The position numbers and the translations under genes were made by a program. This document shows, piece after piece, positions 1 through 9,408 of a DNA stretch of 64,000 bases. The stretch is from Chloroflexota bacterium (GTDB lineage: Bacteria; Chloroflexota; Dehalococcoidia; DSTF01; JACRBR01). Location: NCBI GenBank assembly GCA_028872875.1, contig JAGWOC010000005.1, positions 4,114 through 68,113 of the forward strand. Reading direction: 5' to 3'. Positions within the stretch are counted from its first letter, which is position 1; the number at the start of each line of letters is the position of its first letter. The notes under the pieces are model-generated. The model was given only the letters and a program-made list of their open reading frames with translations, was not told the DNA's origin and made no database searches.

Positions 1-118
1 TGCAGTACGAAAGCTGAGGGGCACGCGTCGCGACGGACGATGCACGCAGCGCGGCCGCATCGCGGCGCACGGCGATCTTCGTCACTGGCGCTGGCCCGGC
101 TCGCACGCCGCGGGCCGG
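1..118. repeat. Direct repeat copy A (~118 bp), ~94% identical to 9291-9408; may extend left beyond the window edge.
   Basis: Direct alignment of window start with 9291-9408 gives about 112/119 matches with one 1-nt indel. Contains the palindromes CGTCGCGACG and GCGGCCGC. Confidence 0.8.
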
Positions 119-155
119 GGGACGGCGCCCGCCCTCTGGCAGCGGCGGCTCTCGC

Positions 156-1778
156 ATGATGCCGGGACGCCGGTACTATGAGACTGTGCAACAGCTCCGC
201 GCGCGCCGGGCCGCTCGTTCGCTGCCCGCCGGGGTCGTCGTAACGGTCCTTGGCACCGCCGCGCTTACGGCGGTGCTGGCGCCGGTCCACGAACGGGTCG
301 GGCTCCTGAACGAGGGGCTGCTGTTCCTCCTCCTGACGCTGCTGGTCTCGGCCACCTGGGGCCGGGAGGTTGGGCTGTTCGCGGCGGTCCTTGCGAACCT
401 GGCGCTGAACTTCTTCTTTGTGCCGCCGCTTCACCGGTTTACGGTGGCGGCGCCGGCGAACGTGTTCGCGCTCAGCGTCTTTCTCGTCGTCTCGGTCGTT
501 GGCAGCTCGTTGCTCTCGAGTGCCCGGCAGGCGGCAGACGAAGCACGCCGGCGCGAGGCGGAGACGCAGGTGCTGCTCGGGCTGAGCCGCGCTCTCATCG
601 GCCAGACTGAGCCGACGGCTGCGCTCGCCGCGCTGTGCCGGGAAGTGGTCAACGCCTTCGCGGCGACGGGAGCAAGCGTCCTCAGCGCTGGCGCGGGCGG
701 CTTCCAGGTGCTGGCATCTGCGGGGCGGGCGTCGGCAGCGCGCAACGCCGACGCGCAGGAGCGGATCATGGCCGAGCGCGCGGTCGCCCTGGGCGCGATC
801 ACGCGGCTTGGCCAGACGAGCCTTGGGGCGGCGCGCCGGATCCGCATCGTCCTGCCGGCGGGACAGCGCCGGATCAAGGAGATGGGGGATGGCATCGCCT
901 TCGTGCCGCTGCGGATCGCGGACCGGACCGTCGGCGTGCTCCGGCTCGATGGCCCCATCGGCGCCAGCGCGTTTCGCGATCACCCCGACCAACTGCTGAC
1001 GGCGTTCGCCGGTGAGGCCGCTCTGGGCGTACAGCGCGCGGAGCTGTCGCAGGCGGCATCGCACGCCGACGCGCTGAAGCAGGCGGGCGAGATGAAGACC
1101 GCGCTGATGACGTCGATCTCGCACGACCTCAAGACGCCGCTCGCGGGGATCAAGACCGCGGTATCGAGCCTGCTCGATACGTCGGTGCGCTGGTCACCGG
1201 ACGACGTGAACGCGTTCCTCTCGACGATCGACTCGCAGGCAGACCGGCTGGACCGGGTGATCAGCGACATCCTGGACCTCAATCGCATCGAATCCGGCGT
1301 CATCGCTCCCGTCGTCAGGCCAGCCGACGCGCGCCGTTTGCTGGAAGAGGCGGCCGAGCGCACGGCGCTGGTGACGGGCGGCCGGCGGGTGATCATCGAC
1401 GCACCGGAGGAGCTGTACGTCGCAGCGGACCGCTCGCTGCTCCTGCAGGCGCTGGTGAACCTCATCGAGAACGCGGCGAAGTACTCGACTCCTGGCGGGT
1501 CGATCCAGCTTGGGGCGAGGGCGGCGGGCAGGACGGCGGAGCTGTCGGTGGAAGATGAAGGGCCGGGCATCCCCCCGGCCGACTTGCCGCACGTGTTCGA
1601 GCGTTTCTATCGCGCGGCCGAGCAGAGCCGGCGTGTCAAGGGGAGCGGCCTGGGCCTTGCGATCGTGAAGGGGTTCGTGACCCTGTCGGGGGGCTCGGTG
1701 CGGGTGGAAAGCTCGCCGTCCGCGACGCGGTTTGTCATCGAACTGCCGCGGGCGGAGCGCGCGACGGTGAGCGCGTGA
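156..1778 (+). CDS. kdpD: Sensor histidine kinase KdpD, C-terminal portion only (4-TM DUF4118-like region, GAF, HisKA, HATPase_c). It lacks the N-terminal KdpD/Usp domain.
   Basis: 540 aa. N-terminal hydrophobic helices, H-box 'SISHDLKTPL', and G-box motifs 'ENAAKYS' and 'GSGLGLAIV'. Sits directly upstream of kdpE with an overlapping stop/start. Confidence 0.85.
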   Translation: MMPGRRYYETVQQLRARRAARSLPAGVVVTVLGTAALTAVLAPVHERVGLLNEGLLFLLLTLLVSATWGREVGLFAAVLANLALNFFFVPPLHRFTVAAPANVFALSVFLVVSVVGSSLLSSARQAADEARRREAETQVLLGLSRALIGQTEPTAALAALCREVVNAFAATGASVLSAGAGGFQVLASAGRASAARNADAQERIMAERAVALGAITRLGQTSLGAARRIRIVLPAGQRRIKEMGDGIAFVPLRIADRTVGVLRLDGPIGASAFRDHPDQLLTAFAGEAALGVQRAELSQAASHADALKQAGEMKTALMTSISHDLKTPLAGIKTAVSSLLDTSVRWSPDDVNAFLSTIDSQADRLDRVISDILDLNRIESGVIAPVVRPADARRLLEEAAERTALVTGGRRVIIDAPEELYVAADRSLLLQALVNLIENAAKYSTPGGSIQLGARAAGRTAELSVEDEGPGIPPADLPHVFERFYRAAEQSRRVKGSGLGLAIVKGFVTLSGGSVRVESSPSATRFVIELPRAERATVSA

Positions 1779-2473
1779 GCGGGCCGCGCGTGCTGGTGGT
1801 CGATGATGAACCGCAGTTGCGCCGGGCGCTCAAGCGGTCGCTGGAAGGGCACGGCTACGTGGTCGAAGAAGCCGAGGACGGGGCGGGCGGGCTCGCCGCC
1901 GTCCGCAGGTGCAAGCCGGATCTCCTCCTCCTGGATCTCGTCCTTCCGGACATGAGCGGCGTGGACGTCTGCCGGGAGTTGCGGCGCGACTCGGACACGC
2001 CCATCATCGTCCTCTCGGTGCTGGGAGACGAGGCGACCAAGGTGGCAGCCCTGGACGAGGGCGCGGACGACTATCTCACGAAGCCATTTGGTGCGGATGA
2101 GCTGCTGGCGCGGCTCCGCGTCGCGTTACGCCATGGCAGCGCCAGCGGCACCCCGCAGCCGGCCATCGTATCGGGCGACCTGGAAATCGACGTTGAGCGC
2201 CGGTCGGTCTCCATCGCGGGGCGAGCGGTGCACCTGACGCCGACGGAGTACCGTGTGCTCACGCATTTGGCGATGCATGCCGGCAAGGTGCTCACGCATC
2301 CGATGATCCTGCGCGCCGTGTGGGGCGATGCGTACGTGGACGACAGGCATGTCCTGCGCACATACATCAATCAGCTCCGGGCGAAGCTCGGCGACGACCA
2401 CGCCGCGCCGCGGTTCATCGAGACTGAGCCCGGGGTGGGCTACCGGTTCCTGACGCCGGATGCGGAATCCTGA
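1775..2473 (+). CDS. kdpE: OmpR-family response regulator KdpE.
   Basis: 232 aa. Receiver motifs 'VLVVDDE' and 'LLLLDLVLPDMSG', plus a winged-helix C-terminus 'GYRF'. GTG start overlaps the kdpD stop (GTGA). Confidence 0.9.
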   Translation: MSGPRVLVVDDEPQLRRALKRSLEGHGYVVEEAEDGAGGLAAVRRCKPDLLLLDLVLPDMSGVDVCRELRRDSDTPIIVLSVLGDEATKVAALDEGADDYLTKPFGADELLARLRVALRHGSASGTPQPAIVSGDLEIDVERRSVSIAGRAVHLTPTEYRVLTHLAMHAGKVLTHPMILRAVWGDAYVDDRHVLRTYINQLRAKLGDDHAAPRFIETEPGVGYRFLTPDAES

Positions 2474-2505
2474 CAACATTCTGACGGCCCAGCCGCTCGC
2501 GCCTG

Positions 2506-2940
2506 ATGCACTCCTGGCGCGTCGCCCCATACACTGGAACCGTGAACATCCTCCTGGTCGAAGATGAGGCGGCGCTGGCCGACGTCATCGCCCGCAACCT
2601 GCGCGCACGGCAGCACGACACCGCGATCGCCGCGAGCGCCGGCGAGGCGATCGCCGCCATGGAGGAACGCTGGCCCGACGTGCTCATCCTGGACGTCAAT
2701 CTGCCGGACCTGACAGGGTGGGAGATCCTGCGGCGGCTCACGGTGCTCGACCGAAGCAGGCTCCGCGTGATCGTTATCTCCGCGGCGCCGATCTCGCCCA
2801 AGCGGATCGAGGAGTTCCAGCCGCTGCGCATCCTGCAGAAGCCCTTCCCAATCTCGGCGCTCGTCCGCATGCTGAGCGAGGGCGGGCCCTCGCCTGCCGC
2901 GGAGAGCGATGCGGAGGCGCCGTGGTCAGACGAGTCGTGA
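2506..2940 (+). CDS. Single-domain CheY-like response-regulator receiver protein.
   Basis: 144 aa. Has 'ILLVEDE', 'LILDVNLPD' and 'VISAA...QKPF', i.e. all the conserved Asp/Ser/Lys positions of a receiver domain. No output domain. The start could instead be the internal GTG (VNILLVEDE). Confidence 0.75.
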   Translation: MHSWRVAPYTGTVNILLVEDEAALADVIARNLRARQHDTAIAASAGEAIAAMEERWPDVLILDVNLPDLTGWEILRRLTVLDRSRLRVIVISAAPISPKRIEEFQPLRILQKPFPISALVRMLSEGGPSPAAESDAEAPWSDES

Positions 2941-3007
2941 TGACGGGAGCGCGCCACGTGCCCGACGGCGTGCGGCCCGTCCCGGCCGGACCGGGGGATG
3001 CTGCTCG

Positions 3008-3091
3008 ATGAGCGATGTGGTGTTCGTGATCATCAGCGGGCTCTTCTTCGCGCTGACCATGCTGGCGGTCTGGGCGTTCGGGAACGTGTGA
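3008..3091 (+). CDS. 27-aa hydrophobic peptide, a possible second KdpF-like small subunit.
   Basis: ATG at 3008; encodes MSDVVFVIISGLFFALTMLAVWAFGNV followed by TGA. Single TM helix, immediately upstream of the canonical kdpF. It lies inside the track ORF 2909-3091. Confidence 0.4.
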   Translation: MSDVVFVIISGLFFALTMLAVWAFGNV

Positions 3092-3098
3092 GGGACGG

Positions 3099-3182
3099 AT
3101 GGAGAATATCATCCTCTCGGTTGGGGCAAGTATCGTGATGCTGTACCTGATCTTCGCACTGATCCGTCCGGAGCGATTCTAG
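3099..3182 (+). CDS. kdpF: K+-transporting ATPase small subunit KdpF.
   Basis: Not in the ORF track (27 aa). MENIILSVGASIVMLYLIFALIRPERF matches the KdpF pattern (...Y.ALI.PE.F). It ends 5 nt before the kdpA start, and GAGGGA lies just upstream. Confidence 0.65.
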   Translation: MENIILSVGASIVMLYLIFALIRPERF

Positions 3183-3186
3183 GGCG

Positions 3187-4929
3187 ATGACCGTGACGGT
3201 GAGCGGCGTTGTCCAGATCGTCCTCTACTTTGCCGTGGTGCTCGCGCTCACGAAGCCGCTCGGCGCATACATGCAGATGGTCTTCGAGGGGCGGGGGCGA
3301 TTCGCCGGGCGCGTCTTTTCGCCGGTGGAGCGCATCATCTACCGGGTGTTCTTCGTCGACGACACGGCGGAGATGGACTGGAAACGCTACGCGTTCAGCC
3401 TGCTGATCTTCAGCGCGCTGAGCATGTTCGCGGTCTACGCGATCCTGCGGGCGCAGGGACACCTGCCGCTCAACCCCCAGGGTTTCCCGGGCGCGTCGCC
3501 GCACCTGGCGTTCAATACGGCAGCGAGCTTTACGACGAATACGAACTGGCAATCGTACGCCGGCGAATCGACGATGAGCTATCTGTCGCAGATGCTGGCC
3601 CTCACCGTGCAGAATTTCCTCTCAGCCGCGGTCGGGATCGTCGTCGTCATCGTGCTGATTCGCGGGTTCGTCCGGCGGACGACCACGGACCTGGGCAACT
3701 TCTGGGTCGACCTCACGCGTGCGATCCTCTGGGTCCTCCTGCCGATGTCGTTGGTGCTCGCGCTCATCCTCGTCTCGCAGGGCGTCATCCAGAACTTCCA
3801 CGGCTACACGCAGCTCACGACGCTGGAGGGCGCGAAGCAGGTGCTCGCGATGGGGCCGGCGGCTTCGCAGGTCGCGATCAAGCAGCTCGGGACGAATGGC
3901 GGCGGCTTTTTCAACGCCAATTCGGCGACGCCGTTCGAGAACCCGACGCCGTTTTCGAACTTCATCGAAGCCGCGGCGATCCTCCTGATCCCGGCGGGCC
4001 TGACCTACACGTTCGGCAAGATGGTGGGTGATACGCGCCAGGGCTGGGCCATCTTTGCCGCGATGTCGGTGCTCTTCCTGGCGGGCGCCTTCTTCACGTA
4101 CGGCGCCGAGCAGGCGGGCAACCCGACGCTTGCGCGCCTGGGCGTTGACCAGTCGTACCACACGGGCCAGCAGGCCTCGGCCGGGGGCAACCTCGAGGGC
4201 AAGGAGGTGCGCTTCGGCATCGCGGACTCGTCGATATGGGCGGTCGCGACGACGGACGCGTCGAACGGTTCTGTGAACTCGATGCTCGACAGCTACACAC
4301 CGCTCGGCGGGCTGATCCCGTTGTTCAACATGGAGCTTGGTGAGGTCGTGTTCGGCGGCGTTGGTTCCGGCCTCTATGGCATGCTGGTGTTCGCCATCAT
4401 CTCGGTCTTCATCGCGGGCCTGATGATCGGCCGGACGCCGGAATACTTGGGCAAGAAGATCGGACCGAAGGAGATGAAGCTGGCGGCGATCTATTTCCTG
4501 ATCACGTCTTCGATGATGCTCCTTCTGACGGCGGTGGCAGTGTCCGTGCGGCAGGGGCGCGCCGGGCCGCTGAACGCGGGCGCGCACGGGTTTACCGAGA
4601 TCCTCTACGCCTTTTCTTCGGCAGCGGGTAACAACGGGTCGGCGTTCGCAGGGCTGAACGCGAACACGTCCTTCTACGACACGTCGCTGGGCATTTCGAT
4701 GCTGGTCGCCAGGTTCTTGCCGATCGTCGCGATCCTCGCGCTGGCGGGGTCGCTTGCCCGGAAGAAGAAGGTGCCCGAGACGGCGGCGACGCTCCCGACG
4801 AACTCGGCGCTTTTTGTCGGCTTCCTGGTCGGCGTCGTGATCATCGTCGGCGGCCTGACGTTCTTCCCCGCGCTGGCGCTGGGGCCCATCGCCGAGCACT
4901 TCCTCGTCCACGCGGGCGTGCTCTCGTAG
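3187..4929 (+). CDS. kdpA: Potassium-transporting ATPase subunit A.
   Basis: 580 aa, polytopic. KdpA-typical selectivity-filter-like segments ('[18 protein letters not shown]', 'NNGSAF'). Position in the kdpFABC order. Confidence 0.95.
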   Translation: MTVTVSGVVQIVLYFAVVLALTKPLGAYMQMVFEGRGRFAGRVFSPVERIIYRVFFVDDTAEMDWKRYAFSLLIFSALSMFAVYAILRAQGHLPLNPQGFPGASPHLAFNTAASFTTNTNWQSYAGESTMSYLSQMLALTVQNFLSAAVGIVVVIVLIRGFVRRTTTDLGNFWVDLTRAILWVLLPMSLVLALILVSQGVIQNFHGYTQLTTLEGAKQVLAMGPAASQVAIKQLGTNGGGFFNANSATPFENPTPFSNFIEAAAILLIPAGLTYTFGKMVGDTRQGWAIFAAMSVLFLAGAFFTYGAEQAGNPTLARLGVDQSYHTGQQASAGGNLEGKEVRFGIADSSIWAVATTDASNGSVNSMLDSYTPLGGLIPLFNMELGEVVFGGVGSGLYGMLVFAIISVFIAGLMIGRTPEYLGKKIGPKEMKLAAIYFLITSSMMLLLTAVAVSVRQGRAGPLNAGAHGFTEILYAFSSAAGNNGSAFAGLNANTSFYDTSLGISMLVARFLPIVAILALAGSLARKKKVPETAATLPTNSALFVGFLVGVVIIVGGLTFFPALALGPIAEHFLVHAGVLS

Positions 4930-4940
4930 GGAGGGAGAGG

Positions 4941-7019
4941 ATGCGGGAGCAGGTGTCACGGGAAGAAGAGACGGCGCACAAATCAGAGATCGCAAAGCTG
5001 CGGAAGTCACGCACGTCGATCTGGAACTGGCCGATCATCGGGCGGGCGACGATCGACGCCTGCAAGAAGTTGAACCCGCTGCACCTGCTGGGCAACCCGG
5101 TCATGCTCGTCGTCGAACTGGGCGCCGGCGTGACGACCGTCCTGTTCGTGCAGGAACTGCTCGGAGGCCGCGCGGGGCCGAAGTTCTTCACCGGCGCGGT
5201 ATCAGTCTGGTTGTGGTTCACCGTGCTGTTCGCCAACTTCGCGGAGGCGATGGCGGAGGGGCGCGGGAAGGCGCAGGCGAACACGCTGCGCTCGATGAAG
5301 CATGACACGATGGCCAAGCGCGAGCGTGACGGCAGGATCGAAGAAGTCGTATCGTCGGACCTGCGTGCGGGGGACATCGTGCGGGTCGACGCGGGTGACG
5401 CGATCCCTGGCGACGGCGATGTGATCGAGGGCGTCGCATACGTCAGCGAGGCGGCGATCACGGGCGAGTCCGCGCCCGTGCTCAAGGAGCCGGGGACGGA
5501 CATCCGCAGTTCCGTCACAGGAGGCACGATCATCGTCAGCGACTGGCTGCGGATCCGCATCTCGGCTAACCCGGGCGAGACGTTTCTCGACCGCATGATC
5601 GCACTCGTCGAGGGTGCGGAGCGCCAGAAGACGCCGAACGAGATCGCGCTGAACATCCTCCTCGCGGCATTCACGATCATCTTCCTGCTGGCGGTCGGCA
5701 CCGTGCGTCCGTTCGTCGCGTACCTGGGCGGCACGGTGACGACCACCGCGCTCGTCGCGCTGCTCGTCTGCCTGATCCCGACGACAATCGGCGGGCTGCT
5801 GTCCGCGATCGGCATCGCCGGCATGGACCGTCTGGTGCAGCGCAACGTGCTGGCGATGTCCGGCAAGGCTGTCGAGACGGCGGGGGATATCGACACGCTC
5901 TTGCTCGACAAGACGGGTACGATCACCTTCGGGAACCGCCTGGCGAGCGAGTTCATCCCGGTAGGACGGCACAGCGAGCGCGAGATCGCGTTGGCCGCGC
6001 TCCAGTCGTCGCTCGCTGACGAGACCCCCGAGGGGAAGTCGATCGTCGAGCTGGCGCAACGGAGGGGCTACGCCGGCGCAACCCTGAAGGCTGGCACCGA
6101 GCTCATCCCGTTTCGCGCGGAGACGCGGATGAGCGGCATCGAGGTGGACGGCCGCCGCATCATGAAGGGGGCCGTGGACGCGGTCACGCGCCTCGCCGTG
6201 GATGTGCCGCCAGACGTGGAGCGCGCGGCGACCCGCATCGCGATGGAGGGCGGCACGCCGCTGGCCGTCGCCGATGACGGCGAGATCCTGGGCATCATCT
6301 ACCTGAAGGACACGGTCAAACCCGGCATCCGCGCCAAGTTCGAGGAGATGCGGCGCGCCGGGATCCGCACCATCATGATCACGGGCGACAACAAGCTGAC
6401 GGCTGCGACGATCGCGGCCGAGGCCGGCGTCGATGACTTCGTCGCCGAGGCAAAGCCCGAGGACAAGATGCAAATCATACGGGACGAGCAGGCGCAGGGC
6501 CGCCTCGTCGCGATGACGGGTGACGGGACCAACGACGCGCCGGCCTTGGCGCAGGCCGATGTGGGCGTGGCGATGAACAGCGGCACCGCGGCGGCGAAGG
6601 AAGCGGCCAATATGGTCGACCTCGACTCCGACCCGACGAAGCTGGTCGAGGTGGTGGCGGTCGGCAAGCAGATGCTGATGACGCGGGGGGCGCTGACCAC
6701 GTTCAGCATCGCGAACGACGTGTCGAAATATTTCGCCATCCTCCCGGCGATCTTCGTAGGCATCTATCCGCAGCTCGCCAAGATGAACGTCATGCGGCTC
6801 TCGACGCCACAGAGTGCGATCCTGTCCGCGGTGATCTTCAACGCCCTGATCATCATCGCGCTTGTGCCGCTCGCGCTGCGCGGGGTGACGTACCGCGCCG
6901 CGCCCGCCGGGCAGATCCTCCGCGGAAATCTGCTCATCTATGGCGCCGGCGGGATCATCGCGCCATTTGTCGGCATCAAGCTCATCGACCTGCTGCTGGT
7001 GCTGTTGCACCTGAACTGA
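4941..7019 (+). CDS. kdpB: Potassium-transporting ATPase subunit B (P-type ATPase).
   Basis: 692 aa. Contains the P-type ATPase motifs 'DKTGTIT', 'MITGDN' and '[13 protein letters not shown]'. Strong RBS AGGGAGGGAGAGG. Confidence 0.95.
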   Translation: MREQVSREEETAHKSEIAKLRKSRTSIWNWPIIGRATIDACKKLNPLHLLGNPVMLVVELGAGVTTVLFVQELLGGRAGPKFFTGAVSVWLWFTVLFANFAEAMAEGRGKAQANTLRSMKHDTMAKRERDGRIEEVVSSDLRAGDIVRVDAGDAIPGDGDVIEGVAYVSEAAITGESAPVLKEPGTDIRSSVTGGTIIVSDWLRIRISANPGETFLDRMIALVEGAERQKTPNEIALNILLAAFTIIFLLAVGTVRPFVAYLGGTVTTTALVALLVCLIPTTIGGLLSAIGIAGMDRLVQRNVLAMSGKAVETAGDIDTLLLDKTGTITFGNRLASEFIPVGRHSEREIALAALQSSLADETPEGKSIVELAQRRGYAGATLKAGTELIPFRAETRMSGIEVDGRRIMKGAVDAVTRLAVDVPPDVERAATRIAMEGGTPLAVADDGEILGIIYLKDTVKPGIRAKFEEMRRAGIRTIMITGDNKLTAATIAAEAGVDDFVAEAKPEDKMQIIRDEQAQGRLVAMTGDGTNDAPALAQADVGVAMNSGTAAAKEAANMVDLDSDPTKLVEVVAVGKQMLMTRGALTTFSIANDVSKYFAILPAIFVGIYPQLAKMNVMRLSTPQSAILSAVIFNALIIIALVPLALRGVTYRAAPAGQILRGNLLIYGAGGIIAPFVGIKLIDLLLVLLHLN

Positions 7020-7023
7020 GAGG

Positions 7024-7629
7024 ATGGCCGTGCTTCGGAACACGTACAGAGATCTGCGGACGGCGGTGATCGCATTCGTTGCGTTCAGCGTGCTCCTGGG
7101 TCTGGCATATCCGTACGCGATCACCGGCGTGGCGCAGGTGGTGTTCCACCGGCAGGCGAACGGCAGTCTGATCACGCGGGGCGGGCAGGCGGTCGGATCC
7201 GCGCTGGTAGGGCAGAACTTCAGCGCACCGCAGTACTTCCACCCGCGCCCTTCCGCGGCGGGGGCGGACGGCTATGACGCCACGGCGTCCGGCGGCTCGA
7301 ACCTCGGCCCGTCGAGCAAGGCGCTGGCGACACGCGTGGCAGAGAGCGTCGCACGTGTGCGCCAGGAGGACGGCCTGGCGCCCGGCGCGAAGGTGCCGGT
7401 GGATGCTGTGACCGCTTCGGGCAGTGGCCTGGACCCGCACATTTCGCCCGCGTACGCGGCGTTGCAGGTGGCACGCGTGGCGCGCGCCCGCTCAGTCGCG
7501 CCCGGCGAGGTCCAAAGGCTGGTCGGCCAGTACACGGACGGCTCGACGTTCGGCGTCCTCGGCGAGCCGCGGGTCAACGTGCTGGAACTCAACCTCGCGC
7601 TCGACCGGGCCTTCGGGGCGGCGCCGTAA
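7024..7629 (+). CDS. kdpC: Potassium-transporting ATPase subunit C.
   Basis: 201 aa with an N-terminal TM. KdpC-like 'SGSGLDPHISP' motif. Follows kdpB by 4 nt. Confidence 0.9.
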   Translation: MAVLRNTYRDLRTAVIAFVAFSVLLGLAYPYAITGVAQVVFHRQANGSLITRGGQAVGSALVGQNFSAPQYFHPRPSAAGADGYDATASGGSNLGPSSKALATRVAESVARVRQEDGLAPGAKVPVDAVTASGSGLDPHISPAYAALQVARVARARSVAPGEVQRLVGQYTDGSTFGVLGEPRVNVLELNLALDRAFGAAP

Positions 7630-7642
7630 CGGTGGTGCGGAG

Positions 7643-8050
7643 ATGGCCAGCCGGGAGGGGGCGGCTCAGATGGACGACGTCGTGATCGTGCACACCGACG
7701 AGCGGACGCTGATGCGGCTCACCGCGACGGTCAGCAGGACGCGGTTCTCCGCCACCGCTGTACGATCGCTCCGTCCCCTGCAGTCCGCGCGGCAGCTCCT
7801 GCCGCTACGGCCCGCGGCCATGGTGGTCGCACTCGATGGCCACGCAAACGTCACGGATGTGCGCGAACTGCTCGCGAGCGGGAGGCCGACGAGGTTCGTG
7901 TTCGTGGTGCCCGCGATGCCGCCCCCGCCGGCCGTCGCCCGACTCGTCAAGCGCCATGGATCGACGATCATCGGCGCCGACGAGGCGGCAATCGTACTCG
8001 TAGCGACGCTCATCGCGCTGCTTGCGGCGCATTCCGTCGGTGCCCCATGA
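7643..8050 (+). CDS. Hypothetical protein, possibly a degenerate receiver-like fold.
   Basis: 135 aa between kdpC and the N-terminal kdpD gene. Its stop overlaps the next start (ATGA), which supports translational coupling. Pattern 'VVIVHTDE...MVVALDGH...RFVFVV'. Confidence 0.45.
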   Translation: MASREGAAQMDDVVIVHTDERTLMRLTATVSRTRFSATAVRSLRPLQSARQLLPLRPAAMVVALDGHANVTDVRELLASGRPTRFVFVVPAMPPPPAVARLVKRHGSTIIGADEAAIVLVATLIALLAAHSVGAP

Positions 8051-9174
8051 GCGACGCCGGCCGGCCCGACCCTGACGCGCTCCCCGCAGATGTGAAGCGG
8101 GACGATCGCACGCGCCGTGGCACGCTGCGCCTCTACCTCGGTGCGTTCGCCGGCATCGGCAAGACCTATGCCATGCTCGACGAAGCCCAGCGCCGCAAGA
8201 GCTACGGGGAGGACGTCGTCGTCGGTCTCGTCGAGACGCACGGCCGGAAGCAGACCGAGGCGATGCTTCCGGGGCTCGAAGTGATCCCGCGCAAGCGCAT
8301 CGCATACCGCGGCGTCACGCTCGAGGAGATGGATGTCGAAGCGATCCTGCGTCGGAGGCCGGCGGTCTGCCTCGTGGACGAGCTGGCGCACACGAATGCG
8401 CCCGGTTCCGAACGGGCGAAGCGCTACGAGGATGTCGAGGTCCTGCTGGATGCGGGCATTCACGTCGTATCGACGGTTAACATCCAGCACCTGGAGAGCC
8501 TCAACGACGTCGTCCAGTCGCTGACTGGCATCCGGGTGCGCGAGACGATTCCGGATTCTGTGGTCGATGCGGCAGACGAACTGATCCTCATTGACCTTTC
8601 GCCCGAGGCGGCGCAAGCACGCATGCGGCACGGGAACATCTACCCACCGGCGCAGGCAACGGCCGCGCTCCAGAGCTTCTTCCGCCGCGAGAATCTCGCC
8701 GCACTCCGCGAGCTCGCCCTCCGGCGCACCGCGCAGGAAGTGGACGAGCAGCTCGATACCTACATGCGCGAGGTCAGCGACCGCCGGCCGGAGGTCGAAG
8801 AGCGCGTCCTGGTACTCATCGATGAGGCGCCGATGTCGCGCACGCTGATCCGCCGGGGCTGGCGCATCGCGCAGGGGATGCGCGCGGAGTTGCTGGTCGC
8901 GTACCTGAAGCGCGAGCTGAGTGAGGAGGGAGAACGCGAGCTGGGGCGGACCCTCGAACTCGCGGAGGACCTGAATGCGCGTGTCATCGCCATGCAGGGC
9001 GAAGACCGTGTACAGGCGCTCACCGCGTTCGTGCGGGCCGAGCGCGTCAACCACGTCGTGCTTGCGCACAGGAAACGTGGCGGAATCGAACGCCTGCTGC
9101 ATCGGTCACTCGCGGACGCACTGATGCTCGCGTCGCCTGACCTTGACGTGCATCTGGTCGCGGCGCGCGACTGA
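8047..9174 (+). CDS. kdpD: KdpD N-terminal sensor domain (KdpD domain plus Usp domain) encoded as a separate polypeptide.
   Basis: 375 aa. Has 'RGTLRLYLGAFAGIGKTYAML' (P-loop-like KdpD N-domain) and 'VVSTVNIQHLESLNDVV', followed by a Usp-like C-terminal half ('RVLVLIDEAP...HVVLAHRKRGG'). No TM or kinase domain. Confidence 0.85.
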   Translation: MSDAGRPDPDALPADVKRDDRTRRGTLRLYLGAFAGIGKTYAMLDEAQRRKSYGEDVVVGLVETHGRKQTEAMLPGLEVIPRKRIAYRGVTLEEMDVEAILRRRPAVCLVDELAHTNAPGSERAKRYEDVEVLLDAGIHVVSTVNIQHLESLNDVVQSLTGIRVRETIPDSVVDAADELILIDLSPEAAQARMRHGNIYPPAQATAALQSFFRRENLAALRELALRRTAQEVDEQLDTYMREVSDRRPEVEERVLVLIDEAPMSRTLIRRGWRIAQGMRAELLVAYLKRELSEEGERELGRTLELAEDLNARVIAMQGEDRVQALTAFVRAERVNHVVLAHRKRGGIERLLHRSLADALMLASPDLDVHLVAARD

Positions 9175-9290
9175 TGGCCAGAGCGGCCCGCGGGGCGATG
9201 GCAGACGCGGCATCTCCGCGCGGCAATCCCGAACCATGCCGCCGAGGGCCGCCCCGGCGCTGGCGGACGTGCTCACCGGCTACCTCGACG

Positions 9291-9408
9291 TGCAGTACGA
9301 AAGCTGAGGGCACGCGTCGCGACGGACGATGCCCGCAGCGCGGCCGCATTGCGGCGCATGGCGATCTTCGTCACTGGCACTGGCCCGGCTCACACGCCGC
9401 GGGCCCGG
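9291..9408. repeat. Direct repeat copy B; it overlaps the last 12 codons of the M23 peptidase gene.
   Basis: About 94% identical to 1-118. The peptidase stop codon (9371-9373, minus strand) lies inside the repeat. Confidence 0.8.

Noticed and set aside
1-118. Considered IS-element inverted repeats or a target-site duplication.
   Set aside because: The copies are direct, not inverted. There is no transposase inside, and 118 bp is far longer than any target-site duplication. Kept as a direct-repeat/att-like finding instead.
3622-5010. 462-aa minus-strand ORF, highly Arg/Asp/Glu-rich, antisense to kdpA.
   Set aside because: Low-complexity composition typical of antisense frames in high-GC DNA. 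It fully overlaps a confidently assigned kdpA, and nothing supports it.
5202-7175. 657-aa minus-strand ORF antisense to kdpB.
   Set aside because: Arg/His/Asp-rich nonsense composition, no domains, and it overlaps the P-type ATPase gene. High-GC artefact.
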